The notes: a model not told the origin generated them from the sequence alone. Numbered from the stretch's first letter, positions 52,641 through 62,746 are shown. The stretch: 64,000 nt of DNA from Vicinamibacteria bacterium (GCA_963668695.2 CAXXLQ010000004.1:3136001-3200000), one strand, 5' to 3'. Numbers and translations: made by a program.

Positions 52641-52697
52641 CGCAGATTTGCGCAACGTTACGGCTTCGAAAATCCGCGTGCCCGCGACCCCGAGCGT

Positions 52698-53586
52698 TAA
52701 CAGCCTGTGGTGAAACCCACGTGAGCGCCGAGACCGGCGAGGCGCCCGGCTGACAAGGCGCGTGAGGGAGGAGCCCCCACCGGGAGAACTGGCCCGGGTG
52801 TATTTCGACCGAAACGCAACGATGAGCGGCGCGCAGCGACGCGGTTCAGTCGGGATGGATCGCCGGTCGAACGCCGTGTGGGTTTTGCCACAGGCTGTTA
52901 ACAGCCTGTGGTGGAACCCGGGTGAGCGCCGAGGCTGGCCAGTTCTCCCGGTGGGGGCGAGGCGCCCGGCTGACAAGGCGCGTGAGGGAGGAATACCTGG
53001 TGTATTTCGACCGAAACGCAACGACGAGCGGCGCGCAGCGACGCGGTTAACAGCCTGTGGTGGAACCCGCGGGAGCGCCGAGGCCGGCGAGGCCCAGTTC
53101 TCCCGGTGGGGCCAGTTCTCCCGGTGGGGGCCCGGCTGACAAGGCGCGTGAGGGAGGAGCCCCCACCGGGAGAACTGGCCCGGGTGTATTGCGACCGAAA
53201 CGCAACGATGAGCGGCGCGCAGCGACGCGGTTCAGCCGGGATGGATCGCCGGCCGAGCCCCCACCGGGAGAACTGGGCCGCGTGGGTTTCATCACCGGTT
53301 GTTTGGCCGGGATGGATCGCCGGCCGAACCCCCACCGGGAGAACTGGGCCGCGCGGGTTTCATTACAGGCTGTTCAGCCGGGATGGATCGCCGGCCGAGC
53401 CCCCACCGGGAGAACTGGGCCGCGCGGGTTTCATCACAGGCTGTTCAGCCGGGATGGATCGCCGGCCGAACCCCCACCGGGAGAACTGGGCCGCGCGGGT
53501 TTCATCACAGGCTGTTTGGCCGGGATGGATCGCCGGCCGAACCACCACCGGGAGAACTGGGCCGCGCGGATTCCACCACCGGCTGT
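52698..53586. mobile_element. Largest family A composite: three elements plus five tandem 71-bp terminal units
   Basis: TTAACAGCCTGTGG starts at about 52697, 52898 and 53047; 71-bp units at 53235, 53306, 53377, 53448 and 53519. Confidence 0.88.
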
Positions 53587-55154
53587 CAAGGCGCTTCCAC
53601 GATGACGAAGGTCCGCTGCCATTCGCCCGGACTTGCTGCGCGCGCCATCCAGATCGGGAACGTCTCTCCCGCCTCGATGCCGGAGAGCGCTTCCCGGAGA
53701 TCGCCGACGTTCTCGATGGGATGGCCCGCCACGTCGGTGATTACGAAACCGGGTTGAATCCCGGCCCGGTGAGCGATTCCGCCCGGGATCACCCGCCGAA
53801 CCACCACGCCCGGAAAATCAGCGCGCAGCCGGTCGGCCAGCTCGCCTTCGAGGGTGTCTCCGACGATCCCCAACCGTCCGGGGGGGTCCATCGGCTCTGG
53901 AGGGTCAGGCGGAGCCGCCTCGGCGATCGGCGCGGCTTCCTCGAAGTCCCGCTGGCCCAGCATCACCTCCACCGACCGGAGAGCGCCGTCCCTCAGAATC
54001 TCGACGGTCGCGGGTTCGTCGGGACGGGCATCGGCCACCGCGAACTGCAAATCCGTGCTGTTTTCGATGGGCCGGCCGTTGAACCGCACGATGACATCGG
54101 CGTACTTGAGGCCCGCCATCGCGGCCGGCGAATCCTCTCCGGAGTAGTCGGTGATGATCGCCCCCCGGACGCTCTCGTCCAGATCGAACGCCTTCGCGGT
54201 CGCGGCGTCCATGGGCCGAACCGCCACCCCGAGCCAACCTCGGGTCACCTGGCCCTCGGAGGCCAGCTCGTCATACACCCGGCGCACCAGGTTGGAAGGA
54301 ATGGCGAAGCCGAGACCGATATTTCCCCGGGTCCCGGCCACCTGAATCATGGTGTTCACCCCTACCAGGCTGCCGTCCAGGCTGACCAGCGGGCCGCCGG
54401 AGTTCCCCGGATTGATCGCGGCGTCGGTCTGGATGAAGTCCTGGTAGTCGCCACCCAGCACCCGGCCCTTGGCGCTCACGATGCCTGCCGTCACCGAGTG
54501 ACTGTTTCCGAGCGGATTCCCGATGGCGAGCACCCACTCCCCGACCCGGACCTCGTCCGAATTTCCGAGCGCGAGGTGGGGAAACACCTCGCCGTCGGCT
54601 TCGATGCGGATCACCGCCAGGTCGGTCGGCGGATCGCGCCCCACCACCACCGCCTCGAATCTCCGGCCATCGGCCAGCGTCACCTCAATGCGGGAGGCTC
54701 CCTCCACGACGTGGTTGTTGGTGATGACCAGACCGGCCGGATCCACGATGGCGCCGGATCCCCGCGCCTCACGCGGGCCGGGCTGCGGCATCTGCGGCAT
54801 CTGCGGCATCCCGAAGAACCGTTCGAACGTTTCCTCGTCCGGCCCACGCGATTCGTGTTCGACGGTGAGGCTGACCACTGCCGGGGTGGCCACCCGCGCT
54901 ACTTCAACGAAGGCGTCGGCAAGCGTCCACGCCGGTTGGGTCCGGGCGGCATCCGGCATGGAATCGGGCGCGGGTATGTCCGCCGTCCGTTGATGCCCCG
55001 GCCGCTGGCGCACGCGTTCCTGGTCCGCAGCCTCCTGGCCCTGCCGGCCCGTGGCGGACGCCGTCAGGGCGGCGAACTCGGTGTCCTCGGGCAGACACCC
55101 AGGGGCGGCAATCAGCACCCCAAGGGCGAGTGCAACCGGCAGGAATCGGAACAT
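53586..55154 (-). CDS. degP: DegP/HtrA (Do-family) serine protease with two PDZ domains, possible lipoprotein
   Basis: GSGAIV, TNNHVV, DLAVI, IQTDAAINPGNSGG, RGWLGV; signal peptide ending APGC. Confidence 0.92.
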   Translation of the reverse strand: MFRFLPVALALGVLIAAPGCLPEDTEFAALTASATGRQGQEAADQERVRQRPGHQRTADIPAPDSMPDAARTQPAWTLADAFVEVARVATPAVVSLTVEHESRGPDEETFERFFGMPQMPQMPQPGPREARGSGAIVDPAGLVITNNHVVEGASRIEVTLADGRRFEAVVVGRDPPTDLAVIRIEADGEVFPHLALGNSDEVRVGEWVLAIGNPLGNSHSVTAGIVSAKGRVLGGDYQDFIQTDAAINPGNSGGPLVSLDGSLVGVNTMIQVAGTRGNIGLGFAIPSNLVRRVYDELASEGQVTRGWLGVAVRPMDAATAKAFDLDESVRGAIITDYSGEDSPAAMAGLKYADVIVRFNGRPIENSTDLQFAVADARPDEPATVEILRDGALRSVEVMLGQRDFEEAAPIAEAAPPDPPEPMDPPGRLGIVGDTLEGELADRLRADFPGVVVRRVIPGGIAHRAGIQPGFVITDVAGHPIENVGDLREALSGIEAGETFPIWMARAASPGEWQRTFVIVEAP

Positions 55155-55397
55155 GGACAGGCGCCTCCTTCGTCGGGACAGGTTGGAAACGAATATAACG
55201 CGCGCCAGTCGATCGGGTTCCTCAGCGGGGCCTGGCTGAAGTCTCGGCGCACCCCTGCGAAGTCACCCGGCGCCCGACCAGCGACGCACCTGGCTGCCCG
55301 GGGAGGGGCCCCGCGTTCCCGTGAGTTGGCCCACCCGAATCACACCGGGACCCGGAGCGGTGGCGGGGGCCGGCGCCTGACGGCTCCCCCGCTCGGC

Positions 55398-55412
55398 TGG
55401 CACAGGCATTGC
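55398..55412 (+). promoter_or_regulatory. Sigma54 (-24/-12) promoter for OMP paralogue 1
   Basis: TGGCAC-AGGCA-TTGC, exact RpoN consensus, 44 nt before ATG 55457. Confidence 0.82.
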
Positions 55413-55456
55413 GGAAATCCGATTGGCGCCGCCGGCGCCCTCTGAAGGAGCTCACC

Positions 55457-56218
55457 ATGACCCGTACCCGACACGTCCTGATAACCCTGCTCGCGACGCT
55501 CGCCTTCGCGACCACAGCGGTGGCGGAGGATGACGGGCAGCCTCCCCGCGGGAGCCCGTATCCGGACGCCTCGCAGCGCAGCGTGTCCGAAACCAGTTAT
55601 GCCGTCTCGACGTACGGCGGCTTTCGGGTTCTGGAGGTCACGAGCGAACTCTTTGCCGCCAACGAGTTTGACTTCGGGATCACCGACGACGACTTCCGGA
55701 CCAGCGGCTACGGTTTCGAGTTCGACTTCGCCGTCCTGCCGCGGGTGGACATCTCGATCGGTTTCGACACTGGAGATGCCGAAACGTCCGGTTCCTACCT
55801 CGACCTCGTGTACGAAGACGGCGGAGAGATCGAACACTCGGCGCGGCTGAGCATGACCGAGTTGAGCCTCGGGGTGCGCGTCCGGCTGATCGGCGGTTCG
55901 GCGCGGATCCGTCCCTACCTGGCGGCCGGCGTCACGGGCGCCTACTACCGGTATAACGAGATCGGGGACTTCGTGGACTTCGAAACCGGGGACATCTACT
56001 ACGACGAGTTCGACGAGAAGTCGTTCCTGCCCGGATTCTTTGCCGGCGCCGGAGCCGATGTCGCCGTCGTGCGCCTGCCCGACGGCGGCCGCGTCGAACT
56101 GTTCGGCGAGTTCCGCTTCGCCCGCGCCCAGGGGGAGCACACGGAAGGATTCGATGGCTTCGGCGACCTCAGGCTGGACCGTTCCGGCGGCCTGTTCGGC
56201 TTTCGCGTCCGGTGGTAG
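55457..56218 (+). CDS. Outer membrane beta-barrel protein, paralogue 1
   Basis: SD AAGGAG, Sec signal (AVA), alternating beta strands (RPYLAAG, GFFAGAGAD), C-terminal aromatic FGFRVRW. Confidence 0.82.
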   Translation: MTRTRHVLITLLATLAFATTAVAEDDGQPPRGSPYPDASQRSVSETSYAVSTYGGFRVLEVTSELFAANEFDFGITDDDFRTSGYGFEFDFAVLPRVDISIGFDTGDAETSGSYLDLVYEDGGEIEHSARLSMTELSLGVRVRLIGGSARIRPYLAAGVTGAYYRYNEIGDFVDFETGDIYYDEFDEKSFLPGFFAGAGADVAVVRLPDGGRVELFGEFRFARAQGEHTEGFDGFGDLRLDRSGGLFGFRVRW

Positions 56219-56486
56219 CAGCCTTTCGGCGGCGGCCTGCCCGGCGACGTAAGGGTGTTTGGTACCACGCGCTTCCGCTGTCGCTAGCCGTGTGGGCGAA
56301 GGGCGGCGCGGCGCCGCCGGGGAGGCAGCGACCGCCCGCCTGCGGCGGGCGGTGCCGGCCAGGGGGGGACGGTGCCGTCCCCGGAGCGGGTTCGGACGAG
56401 GGAGGGTGGGTAAGGATGGGAGTTTCGCCCCCTCGGGGGGCGATGCCGGTCTGAAGACCGGCGCTCCATCGCCGCGCTCTTGCCGC

Positions 56487-56501
56487 TGGCACAGGCATTG
56501 C
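56487..56501 (+). promoter_or_regulatory. Sigma54 (-24/-12) promoter for OMP paralogue 2
   Basis: TGGCAC-AGGCA-TTGC, identical to the site at 55398. Confidence 0.82.
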
Positions 56502-56558
56502 GCAACCGAGGTTGTCGTGTTTGCCGGTGGGACCGGCGCTTCCCCAAGGATCCTGACC

Positions 56559-57332
56559 ATGATTCGTCCCGGCCAACTCCTGCCGACACTGCTTGCGACT
56601 GCCTGTTTCGCTACCTTCGATCCCGGAACCGGGGCCGCCGCCGAGGGCACGGGCCAACCCCCCCGCGGCACCCGGTACCCGGACAGTTCGCAGACCGCGA
56701 CCGCCCGGCCCCGCTATGGGTTTTCCGCGTTTGGCGGGTTCCGCGCCTTGCAGATCAAAAGCCAGCTCTTCGATAGCAACGAGGTGGATTTCGGCATCAC
56801 TGAGGGCGATTTCGGGTCTGGCCGCATTGGATTCGAAGTCGACTTCGCGCTGCTGCCCATGGTGGAAATCATGGTCGGTTTCGACACCGGTGGGTCGGAA
56901 ACCTCCGGCAACTATCTGGACCTGGTGTACGAAGACGGTTCCGAGATCGAACACTCGGCGCGGCTGGAGATGACCGAGTACACGTTCGGAGCACGTGTCC
57001 GGCCGCTTCCGGAAGGCCGGGTAAGTCCGTACCTGGCGGTCGGGGTTTCGCTGGCTTCCTACCGCTACTCCGAAACGGGCGAGTTCGTGGACTTCGAAAC
57101 GGCGGACATTTTCTATGACGAGTTCGAGGAGCGCCAGGCGCTCTTCGGGTTCTTCGCCGGCGCCGGGCTCGACTATGCACTCGTCCGGTTGCCGTACGGG
57201 CGGCGAATCGACCTCTTCGGTGAGTTTCGCTATGCCCGGGGCAAGGGTGAACACGAGGACGGCTTCGACGGCTTCGGCGATCTGACCATAGGACGAACGG
57301 GCGCGCTCTTCGGACTCCGGGTCCGGTTCTAG
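56559..57332 (+). CDS. Outer membrane beta-barrel protein, paralogue 2
   Basis: SD AAGGA, signal peptide, shares YLDLVYEDG.EIEHSARL.MTE and FVDFET.DI.YDEF with paralogue 1; ends FGLRVRF. Confidence 0.82.
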   Translation: MIRPGQLLPTLLATACFATFDPGTGAAAEGTGQPPRGTRYPDSSQTATARPRYGFSAFGGFRALQIKSQLFDSNEVDFGITEGDFGSGRIGFEVDFALLPMVEIMVGFDTGGSETSGNYLDLVYEDGSEIEHSARLEMTEYTFGARVRPLPEGRVSPYLAVGVSLASYRYSETGEFVDFETADIFYDEFEERQALFGFFAGAGLDYALVRLPYGRRIDLFGEFRYARGKGEHEDGFDGFGDLTIGRTGALFGLRVRF

Positions 57333-57620
57333 CAGCCTGTGGTGGAACCCGGGTGAGTGCCGAGGACGGCGAGGCGCCCGGCTGACAAGGCGCGTGAGGG
57401 AGGAGCCCCCACCGGGAGAACTGGCCCGGGTGTATTCCGACTGAAACGCAACGACGAGCGGCGCGAAGCGACGCGGTCAGCCGGGATGGATCGCCGGCCG
57501 AGCCCCCACCGGGAGAACTGGGCCGCCTGGGTTTCATCACCGGTTGTTTGGCCGGGATGGATCGCCGGCCGAGCCCCCACCGGGAGAACTGGGCCGCCTG
57601 GGTTTCACTACAGGCTGCTA
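57330..57620. mobile_element. Family A element fused to the OMP2 stop codon, with a duplicated 71-bp end
   Basis: TA|GCAGCCTGTGGTGGAACCC...GGGTTTCACTACAGGCTGC|TA. Confidence 0.85.
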
Positions 57621-57699
57621 GCGCCGCGGGACGGCCGGTGCGGGCCGTCTGACGGCACTCAGGTTGACCGGGCCCCACGCCATCGCCGCAGGTTTCGCG

Positions 57700-58220
57700 C
57701 TCCCGCGCGACGCCGGGCCCCACCGGGAGAACTGCCCAGAGGTCGGCGTTCCAAGCCGCCCCCGCGCTCCTTCTCGGGCGGCGTGGGAGCGGTTTCCGCT
57801 GTCGCGCGCGCTCCACGCGGTTCGGCAGTACGCGCCTCGCAGGCAGCGCATAGCTGACCGCGCTAAACAAATGGCGGCGAACCGGAGGTTCGCCGCCTGC
57901 GTGTCCGGGGGGAATGTGTGCAAGGGGGGCTCGCCCCCCTTTCACACGAAGGTAACGACGCATCGGAACTTGCCGCCGCGCGCCGGAGGCGCGCAAGGAA
58001 GTTTCGATGCCCGGCGCGAAGCGCCGGGCGGTTCGGGAGGGGGGGCTCTATCCCCTCCTACTCGACAATCCGGACTGATCCAACGATGTGCCCCCGCTCC
58101 CGGAACGCTCGACCCCTGGGCGCGAAGCGCCGGGCGGTTCGGGAGGGGGGGCTCAGTTCCCTCCCACTCGACAATCCGAACTGATCCAACGATGTGCCCC
58201 CCCTCCCGGAACGCTCGACC
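57700..58220. repeat. Family B structured repeat with a duplicated terminal module
   Basis: Same hairpin series as copies at 1.2, 16.1 and 38.7 kb; two GGCGCGAAGCGCCGGGCGGTTCGGGAGGGGGGG modules. Confidence 0.85.
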
Positions 58221-59027
58221 TTAGATCAGGACAGCTCCCCGCGCCTCTCGGAGGATCTCAAGCAGGGCCGGGTGCAGCCGACCATTCGAAACGGCGATAT
58301 TCGGGCCGCCATTCGTGAAGGGGCCACCGTCGAAATCCGTGACCTGACCGCCCGCTTCCCGGACAATGACTTCGCCGGCGGCAGTGTCCCACGCCCGGAG
58401 CGTCTCCTCCCAGAACGCATCAAGCCGTCCGGCGGCGACCGAACAAAGGTCCAGCGCGGCCGAGCCGGCTCGGCGTACGGCGCGGGCGCGCCGCATGATC
58501 CGGACAAATAGATCCAGTGCCCGATCCATTGCTTCCCGGGAATACGGGAAGCCGGTCGCGAGCAGAGCGCTTTGCATGTCACTCGTCACGGAGACCCGAA
58601 TGGGGTCGCCGTTCAGGTACGCCCCCGCTTTCGCCTCCGCGGTGAACAGTTCTTCCCGGACCGGGTCGAGAACCGCGCCGGCGACGACTTCCGTCCCTTC
58701 CTCGTAGGCGATGGAAACGGCGAAAACCGGAAATCCGTGGGCGAAGTTGGTCGTTCCGTCGAGCGGATCCACGATGAAACGACAACCGGTCTTCGTCCCC
58801 CCGATCGCGCCGCGCTCCTCGGCCAGGATAGGTACCGACGGCTGAAGGCGCTGCAGGCATTCGACAATCGCGGTTTCCGCCGCTTGGTCGACGACAGTGA
58901 CGAGATCGATCGGCCCCTTGAGGTTCACCCCAAAACCGCCCTCCGGCCGCTCCCGATGCGCCTGGCGGATTACCTCGGCCCCGACTTCGGCCGCTTCGAC
59001 GCAGGCCCGCCCGGCCGCTGTCTTCAC
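58221..59027 (-). CDS. suhB: Inositol monophosphatase family protein
   Basis: DLVTVVD, AEE, VDPLDGTTNFAHG, GSAALDL, WDTAAG. Confidence 0.9.
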   Translation of the reverse strand: MKTAAGRACVEAAEVGAEVIRQAHRERPEGGFGVNLKGPIDLVTVVDQAAETAIVECLQRLQPSVPILAEERGAIGGTKTGCRFIVDPLDGTTNFAHGFPVFAVSIAYEEGTEVVAGAVLDPVREELFTAEAKAGAYLNGDPIRVSVTSDMQSALLATGFPYSREAMDRALDLFVRIMRRARAVRRAGSAALDLCSVAAGRLDAFWEETLRAWDTAAGEVIVREAGGQVTDFDGGPFTNGGPNIAVSNGRLHPALLEILREARGAVLI

Positions 59028-59479
59028 GACGCTTTGGGCACGTGTCGCTGGACGAGCACCACCCGGGTACCGCCACGGTCGGTGCGCGTCCAGGTGACGC
59101 CGTCCATGAACTGGCGCATAAAGAAGATGCCGCGTCCGCTGTCCTTGAGCAGGTTGTCTTCACGCAGAGGATCCGGGACTTCCGCCGTGTCGAAGCCCTC
59201 CCCCTCGTCCTCCACCGCTATTTCGACCGCGGGGCCGCCGCCTTTGCCGTCGCGGGTTTCGATCTGAACCGTGAGGCGCTTTTGCGGATCCATCCGGTTC
59301 CCGTGCCGCATTCCGTTCGTGACCGCTTCCCGAACCGCCGCCCCCATCCAGTGCGTGGCATCCGCCTCGTAGCCGCACTGGGCGCAGTGGCGTTCAAAGA
59401 CGCCGAGTACCACCTCAACCCACTCGATTCGGGTTTCGACGTCGAGTCGAACCGTTAGCTGCCGCTCTTCGGGGCTCAC
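59024..59479 (-). CDS. RsbW-like anti-sigma factor (HATPase_c_2)
   Basis: EAVTNGMRHGN, DEGEGFD, PDPL, SGRGIFFMRQFMD. Confidence 0.88.
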   Translation of the reverse strand: MSPEERQLTVRLDVETRIEWVEVVLGVFERHCAQCGYEADATHWMGAAVREAVTNGMRHGNRMDPQKRLTVQIETRDGKGGGPAVEIAVEDEGEGFDTAEVPDPLREDNLLKDSGRGIFFMRQFMDGVTWTRTDRGGTRVVLVQRHVPKAS

Positions 59480-61077
59480 GCCGACTCCAGGCTCGGCTCC
59501 GGAACTGCCGAGTCGGCCAGGAACTCGTGAGCGGCACCGGCCTCGGCATCGGATTCACCCCCGACGGTTTCCGGAAGAAGCTCGAACTGCGGCTCCGGCA
59601 GCGCCGGTGCATCTTCGATCGCCACCGGGCCGGCCACCACCGTCCGAATCTCCGCGAGGACAGCGGACCGGCGAAGCGCCGAAGCCACCAACGGAGCGGC
59701 GCGGATCAGGAGTCCGGAAGCGAACTGCGCCGACTTCTTTTGTGCGCGGACCAGCACGTCCTGGCAGACCGCGCCGAGCGACCGGACCCGGCCGGATCCC
59801 TTGCAGGCCGGACAGGCGGCCAACAGGGCGGACTCAAGCGAGGGGCGCTCGCGCTTCCGGGTGATGATGACGAGCCCGGCGCGCGATTCCGGTGGAGCCA
59901 CGCGGGTGAAAGCGGGGTCGCGGCGCAACTCGGCTTGCAGGCTGCGGAAGACGCGATCCCGATTCCGCCCCTCCTTCATATCGATGAAATCGATCACGAT
60001 GATTCCCCCGAGTCCGCGCAACCGGAGCTGTCGCGCGGTCTCCACCGCGGCTTCGAGATTCGTGATCGTGTTCGTTTCGTCGCGCTCCGCGGTGTCTCCG
60101 CTGAAGCTTCCGGTATTGACGTCCACCGCTACCAGCGCTTCCGTCTGATCGATGACGATCGAGCCCCCCGAGGGCAGGCGAACCCGCCGCCGGGCGGCCT
60201 GCTCGAAGGCGGACTCGACTCCATACTCCTCGAAGATCGGATAGTTCCGCGAGTAGAGCCGAACGTTGTGCTCCATCCCCGGGAGGAACTGGCGGATGAA
60301 GTTCACCATCCGTCCGTACAGCGTTTCGTTGTCGACCCGGATCACGCTGAAACCCGAGGAGAGCACATCCCGGATATACCGGAACACCATCGGGACCTCG
60401 GCCCGGAGGCAGGCCGGCGGACCGGAGAGACTCTCCTTCCGGATCTGTACCCAGTCGGCCTCCAGCCGCGTTATGTCGGCAGCGAGGGTCTCTTCGTCGC
60501 GCTGCTCCGCGGTAGGGCGCGCTACCCATTCCCCTTTCAGGGTGGTCAGGCGTTCGACCAGCGCTGCGATACGAAGCTGTTCGCGGGGTCCCGCCGTCGC
60601 CCGCGAGGTGATTACATTCGTGGGGGCGAGGGGCCGAAAATCGAAGAAACGCCCCTGGAGATTGAGATCGCAACTGACCTTGTAGCCCTTCGGCCCCAAG
60701 GGTTCCCGGACCACCTGTACCAACGCGGACTGCCTCGGCCGCAGCAGGTTCTCGAGACGAAAACCGGAACTCCCGGCATCGGCTCCGCTCCCTCCCCCGC
60801 CCTTTCCGGCTTCCGGCACCCGCCCCTCATCCCGCCAGGCGTCGAGCGCACCTTGGGGAATCTGGTCCACCTGCAAGAAGGCGTTGCGGTGCAGCCCAAT
60901 GTCCAGGAAGGCTGCCTGGGTACTCGGCATGACGCGCTGTACCCGGCCGCGGTAAATCCCGTGCAGGACGCTCTGCTCGGAGCGGTGCTCGACACCGAGT
61001 TCCACCACCACCCCATCCTCAAGGAGTGCCATTCGGGTCTCACCCGGAAGACTGGTGACGATCAGTTCTCGATACAC
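59476..61077 (-). CDS. rng: Rne/Rng family ribonuclease (RNase G-like)
   Basis: IYRGRVQRV, AFLDIG, GGSIVIDQTEAL, DVNTG, RQLRLRGLGGIIVIDFIDM, CPACKGSG. Confidence 0.9.
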   Translation of the reverse strand: MYRELIVTSLPGETRMALLEDGVVVELGVEHRSEQSVLHGIYRGRVQRVMPSTQAAFLDIGLHRNAFLQVDQIPQGALDAWRDEGRVPEAGKGGGGSGADAGSSGFRLENLLRPRQSALVQVVREPLGPKGYKVSCDLNLQGRFFDFRPLAPTNVITSRATAGPREQLRIAALVERLTTLKGEWVARPTAEQRDEETLAADITRLEADWVQIRKESLSGPPACLRAEVPMVFRYIRDVLSSGFSVIRVDNETLYGRMVNFIRQFLPGMEHNVRLYSRNYPIFEEYGVESAFEQAARRRVRLPSGGSIVIDQTEALVAVDVNTGSFSGDTAERDETNTITNLEAAVETARQLRLRGLGGIIVIDFIDMKEGRNRDRVFRSLQAELRRDPAFTRVAPPESRAGLVIITRKRERPSLESALLAACPACKGSGRVRSLGAVCQDVLVRAQKKSAQFASGLLIRAAPLVASALRRSAVLAEIRTVVAGPVAIEDAPALPEPQFELLPETVGGESDAEAGAAHEFLADSAVPEPSLESA

Positions 61078-61177
61078 AGGACGTCCAAATAAACGCGAAA
61101 AGGGATTCGCCGAAACCGTAGCACGGAAGAGATCGGATCGGTCCGGGAGGCGTCGGTGCGGGAGGCGCCCGAAACGC

Positions 61178-61591
61178 TAGCAGCCTGTGGTGGAACCCAC
61201 GTGAGCGCCGAGGTCGGGGAGGCCCAGTTCTCCCGGTGGGGCCAGTCCTCCCGGTGGGGGCCCGGCTGACAAGGCGCGTGAGGGAGGAATACCTGATGTA
61301 TTTCGACCGAAACGCAACGCAGAACGGAGCGAAGCGGAGTGGTGAACAGCCGGTGGTGGAACCCACGTGAGCGCCGAGGTTGGCCAGTCCTCCCGGTGGG
61401 GGCGAGGCCCAGTTCTCCCGGTGGGGCCAGTCCTCCCGGTGGGGGCCCGGCTGACAAGGCGCGTGAGGGAGGAATACCGGGTGTATTCCGACCGAAACGC
61501 AACGATGAGCGGCGCGGTTCAGCCGGGATGCATCGCCGGCCGAGCCCCCACCGGGAGAACTGGGCCGCGTGGGTTTCGCCACAGGCTACTA
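61178..61591. mobile_element. Composite family A element fused to the rodA stop codon
   Basis: TA|GCAGCCTGTGGTGGAACCC...GCCACAGGCTAC|TA; six U inserts. Confidence 0.85.
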
Positions 61592-62746
61592 GGTCAGGAA
61601 GTTCCGGCGCCGGACGGAGGCAGCCAGCCCGATGGCCGCCGCCGCAATCAGCAAGGAGTTGCCTCCGTAGCTCATGAACGGCAATGGGAACCCCTTGATG
61701 GGAACGATCCCCGCGACCATCGCGATGTTATAGAACGCCTGGAGGTGCAGCATCAGAAAGAAACCGCCCACCAGGAGCGCCCCGGTAGGGTCCTTGTTCT
61801 CCGCCGCTTCCACGGCAATCTGAAGCAGACGCAGCCCGAGGATCAGATACAACGCGAGGACGACGACCACCCCCAGGAACCCGAATTCCTCCGCGAGCAC
61901 CGCGAACACGAAGTCGGTATGTGGGGCGGGGAGAAACTGGAGTCCGGTCTGCGAACCCTGCAACCAGCCGGTACCAAAGAGGCCTCCGGAGCCGACCGCA
62001 ATGGAGGCCTGCAGGGTCTGATACCCCGCCCCCAACGGATCGCTCTCCGGATTCAGGAAAGAGAGAACGCGTAGCCGCTGGTAGTCGCGCAGGCCGAAGA
62101 CCCAGATCAGCGGCAACGCCAGGGCGGCCAATCCACTGCCGGCCAGCATCCACTTTCGCGAGATCAACAGGCCGCTGAAGAAACCCATCCCGACCCCGAT
62201 TCCAACGAGGATCGCCGCGCTGCCCAGGTCGGGCTGCGCCGCTACCGCCAGCACGAGGGCACCGGACGCCGCGACCCAGCCGACGGTCGCGCGCCGGCTG
62301 AGCGGCTCATGTCCCGACCGGGCCACCAGATGGGCGAACAGGAGCACCAGCGAGATCTTGGCGAGCTCACCGGGTTGGACGGTCAGCGTTCCGATTTCGA
62401 GCCATCGGCGGGTCCCCGCACGGAGAGCCCCCGAGGTGGTCGCGATGGCGCTGAGAGCCAGGGCCAGCAGGAAAAACCCCGGCGACAGTCGGGCCAGCCG
62501 GCGATGATCCATGTGGTACGCAACGACGCCAACGCCCAGGGCGATCACCAGCCGGATGACGTGCGCCCCGAGATTCGCTCCGGACCCGGCACCCCGCAGC
62601 GCGCTCTCGAGCACCAGCAGCGCGATCAGAACCAAGAGCCCCACGCAGACAAGGAGCACCCAGTCCGCGCCCTCGCGGCTTCTCAGATCCATCGTCGCCA
62701 CTTCCCGGGCCTGTGTTTCCCGGACCCATGCCTGGACGACCCGCAC
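61589..62746 (-). CDS. rodA: Rod shape-determining protein RodA (start uncertain; ATG 62692 is an alternative)
   Basis: QPGELAK, QPDLG, GYQ..S.IAVGSGG, PHTDFVF, EEFG, LPFMSYGG; follows mrdA. Confidence 0.92.
   Translation of the reverse strand: MRVVQAWVRETQAREVATMDLRSREGADWVLLVCVGLLVLIALLVLESALRGAGSGANLGAHVIRLVIALGVGVVAYHMDHRRLARLSPGFFLLALALSAIATTSGALRAGTRRWLEIGTLTVQPGELAKISLVLLFAHLVARSGHEPLSRRATVGWVAASGALVLAVAAQPDLGSAAILVGIGVGMGFFSGLLISRKWMLAGSGLAALALPLIWVFGLRDYQRLRVLSFLNPESDPLGAGYQTLQASIAVGSGGLFGTGWLQGSQTGLQFLPAPHTDFVFAVLAEEFGFLGVVVVLALYLILGLRLLQIAVEAAENKDPTGALLVGGFFLMLHLQAFYNIAMVAGIVPIKGFPLPFMSYGGNSLLIAAAAIGLAASVRRRNFLT

Noticed and set aside
52560-52680. oriC or dif site in the AT-rich patch
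   Set aside because: No DnaA-box cluster (TTATCCACA) and no XerC/XerD dif consensus were seen there.
53235-53586. 71-bp periodic arrays (also 46622-46903) as CRISPR
   Set aside because: The whole unit repeats, there are no unique spacers, it is the end of family A, and no cas genes are present.
54783-54811. 9-bp tandem repeat in degP (MPQMPQMPQ) and the GSATEP duplication in the grpE tail as phase-variation tracts
   Set aside because: They are in-frame low-complexity linker repeats; length change would not switch expression.
52620-55445. ORFs made of repeat-derived peptides (PPPGELG, HRENWAA, QFSRWG, EEYRVYFDRNATM), e.g. 53106..55445, 2060..3130, 46504..47094
   Set aside because: They are translations of family A/U DNA in several frames joined to antisense frames, with no transposase or other protein motifs.
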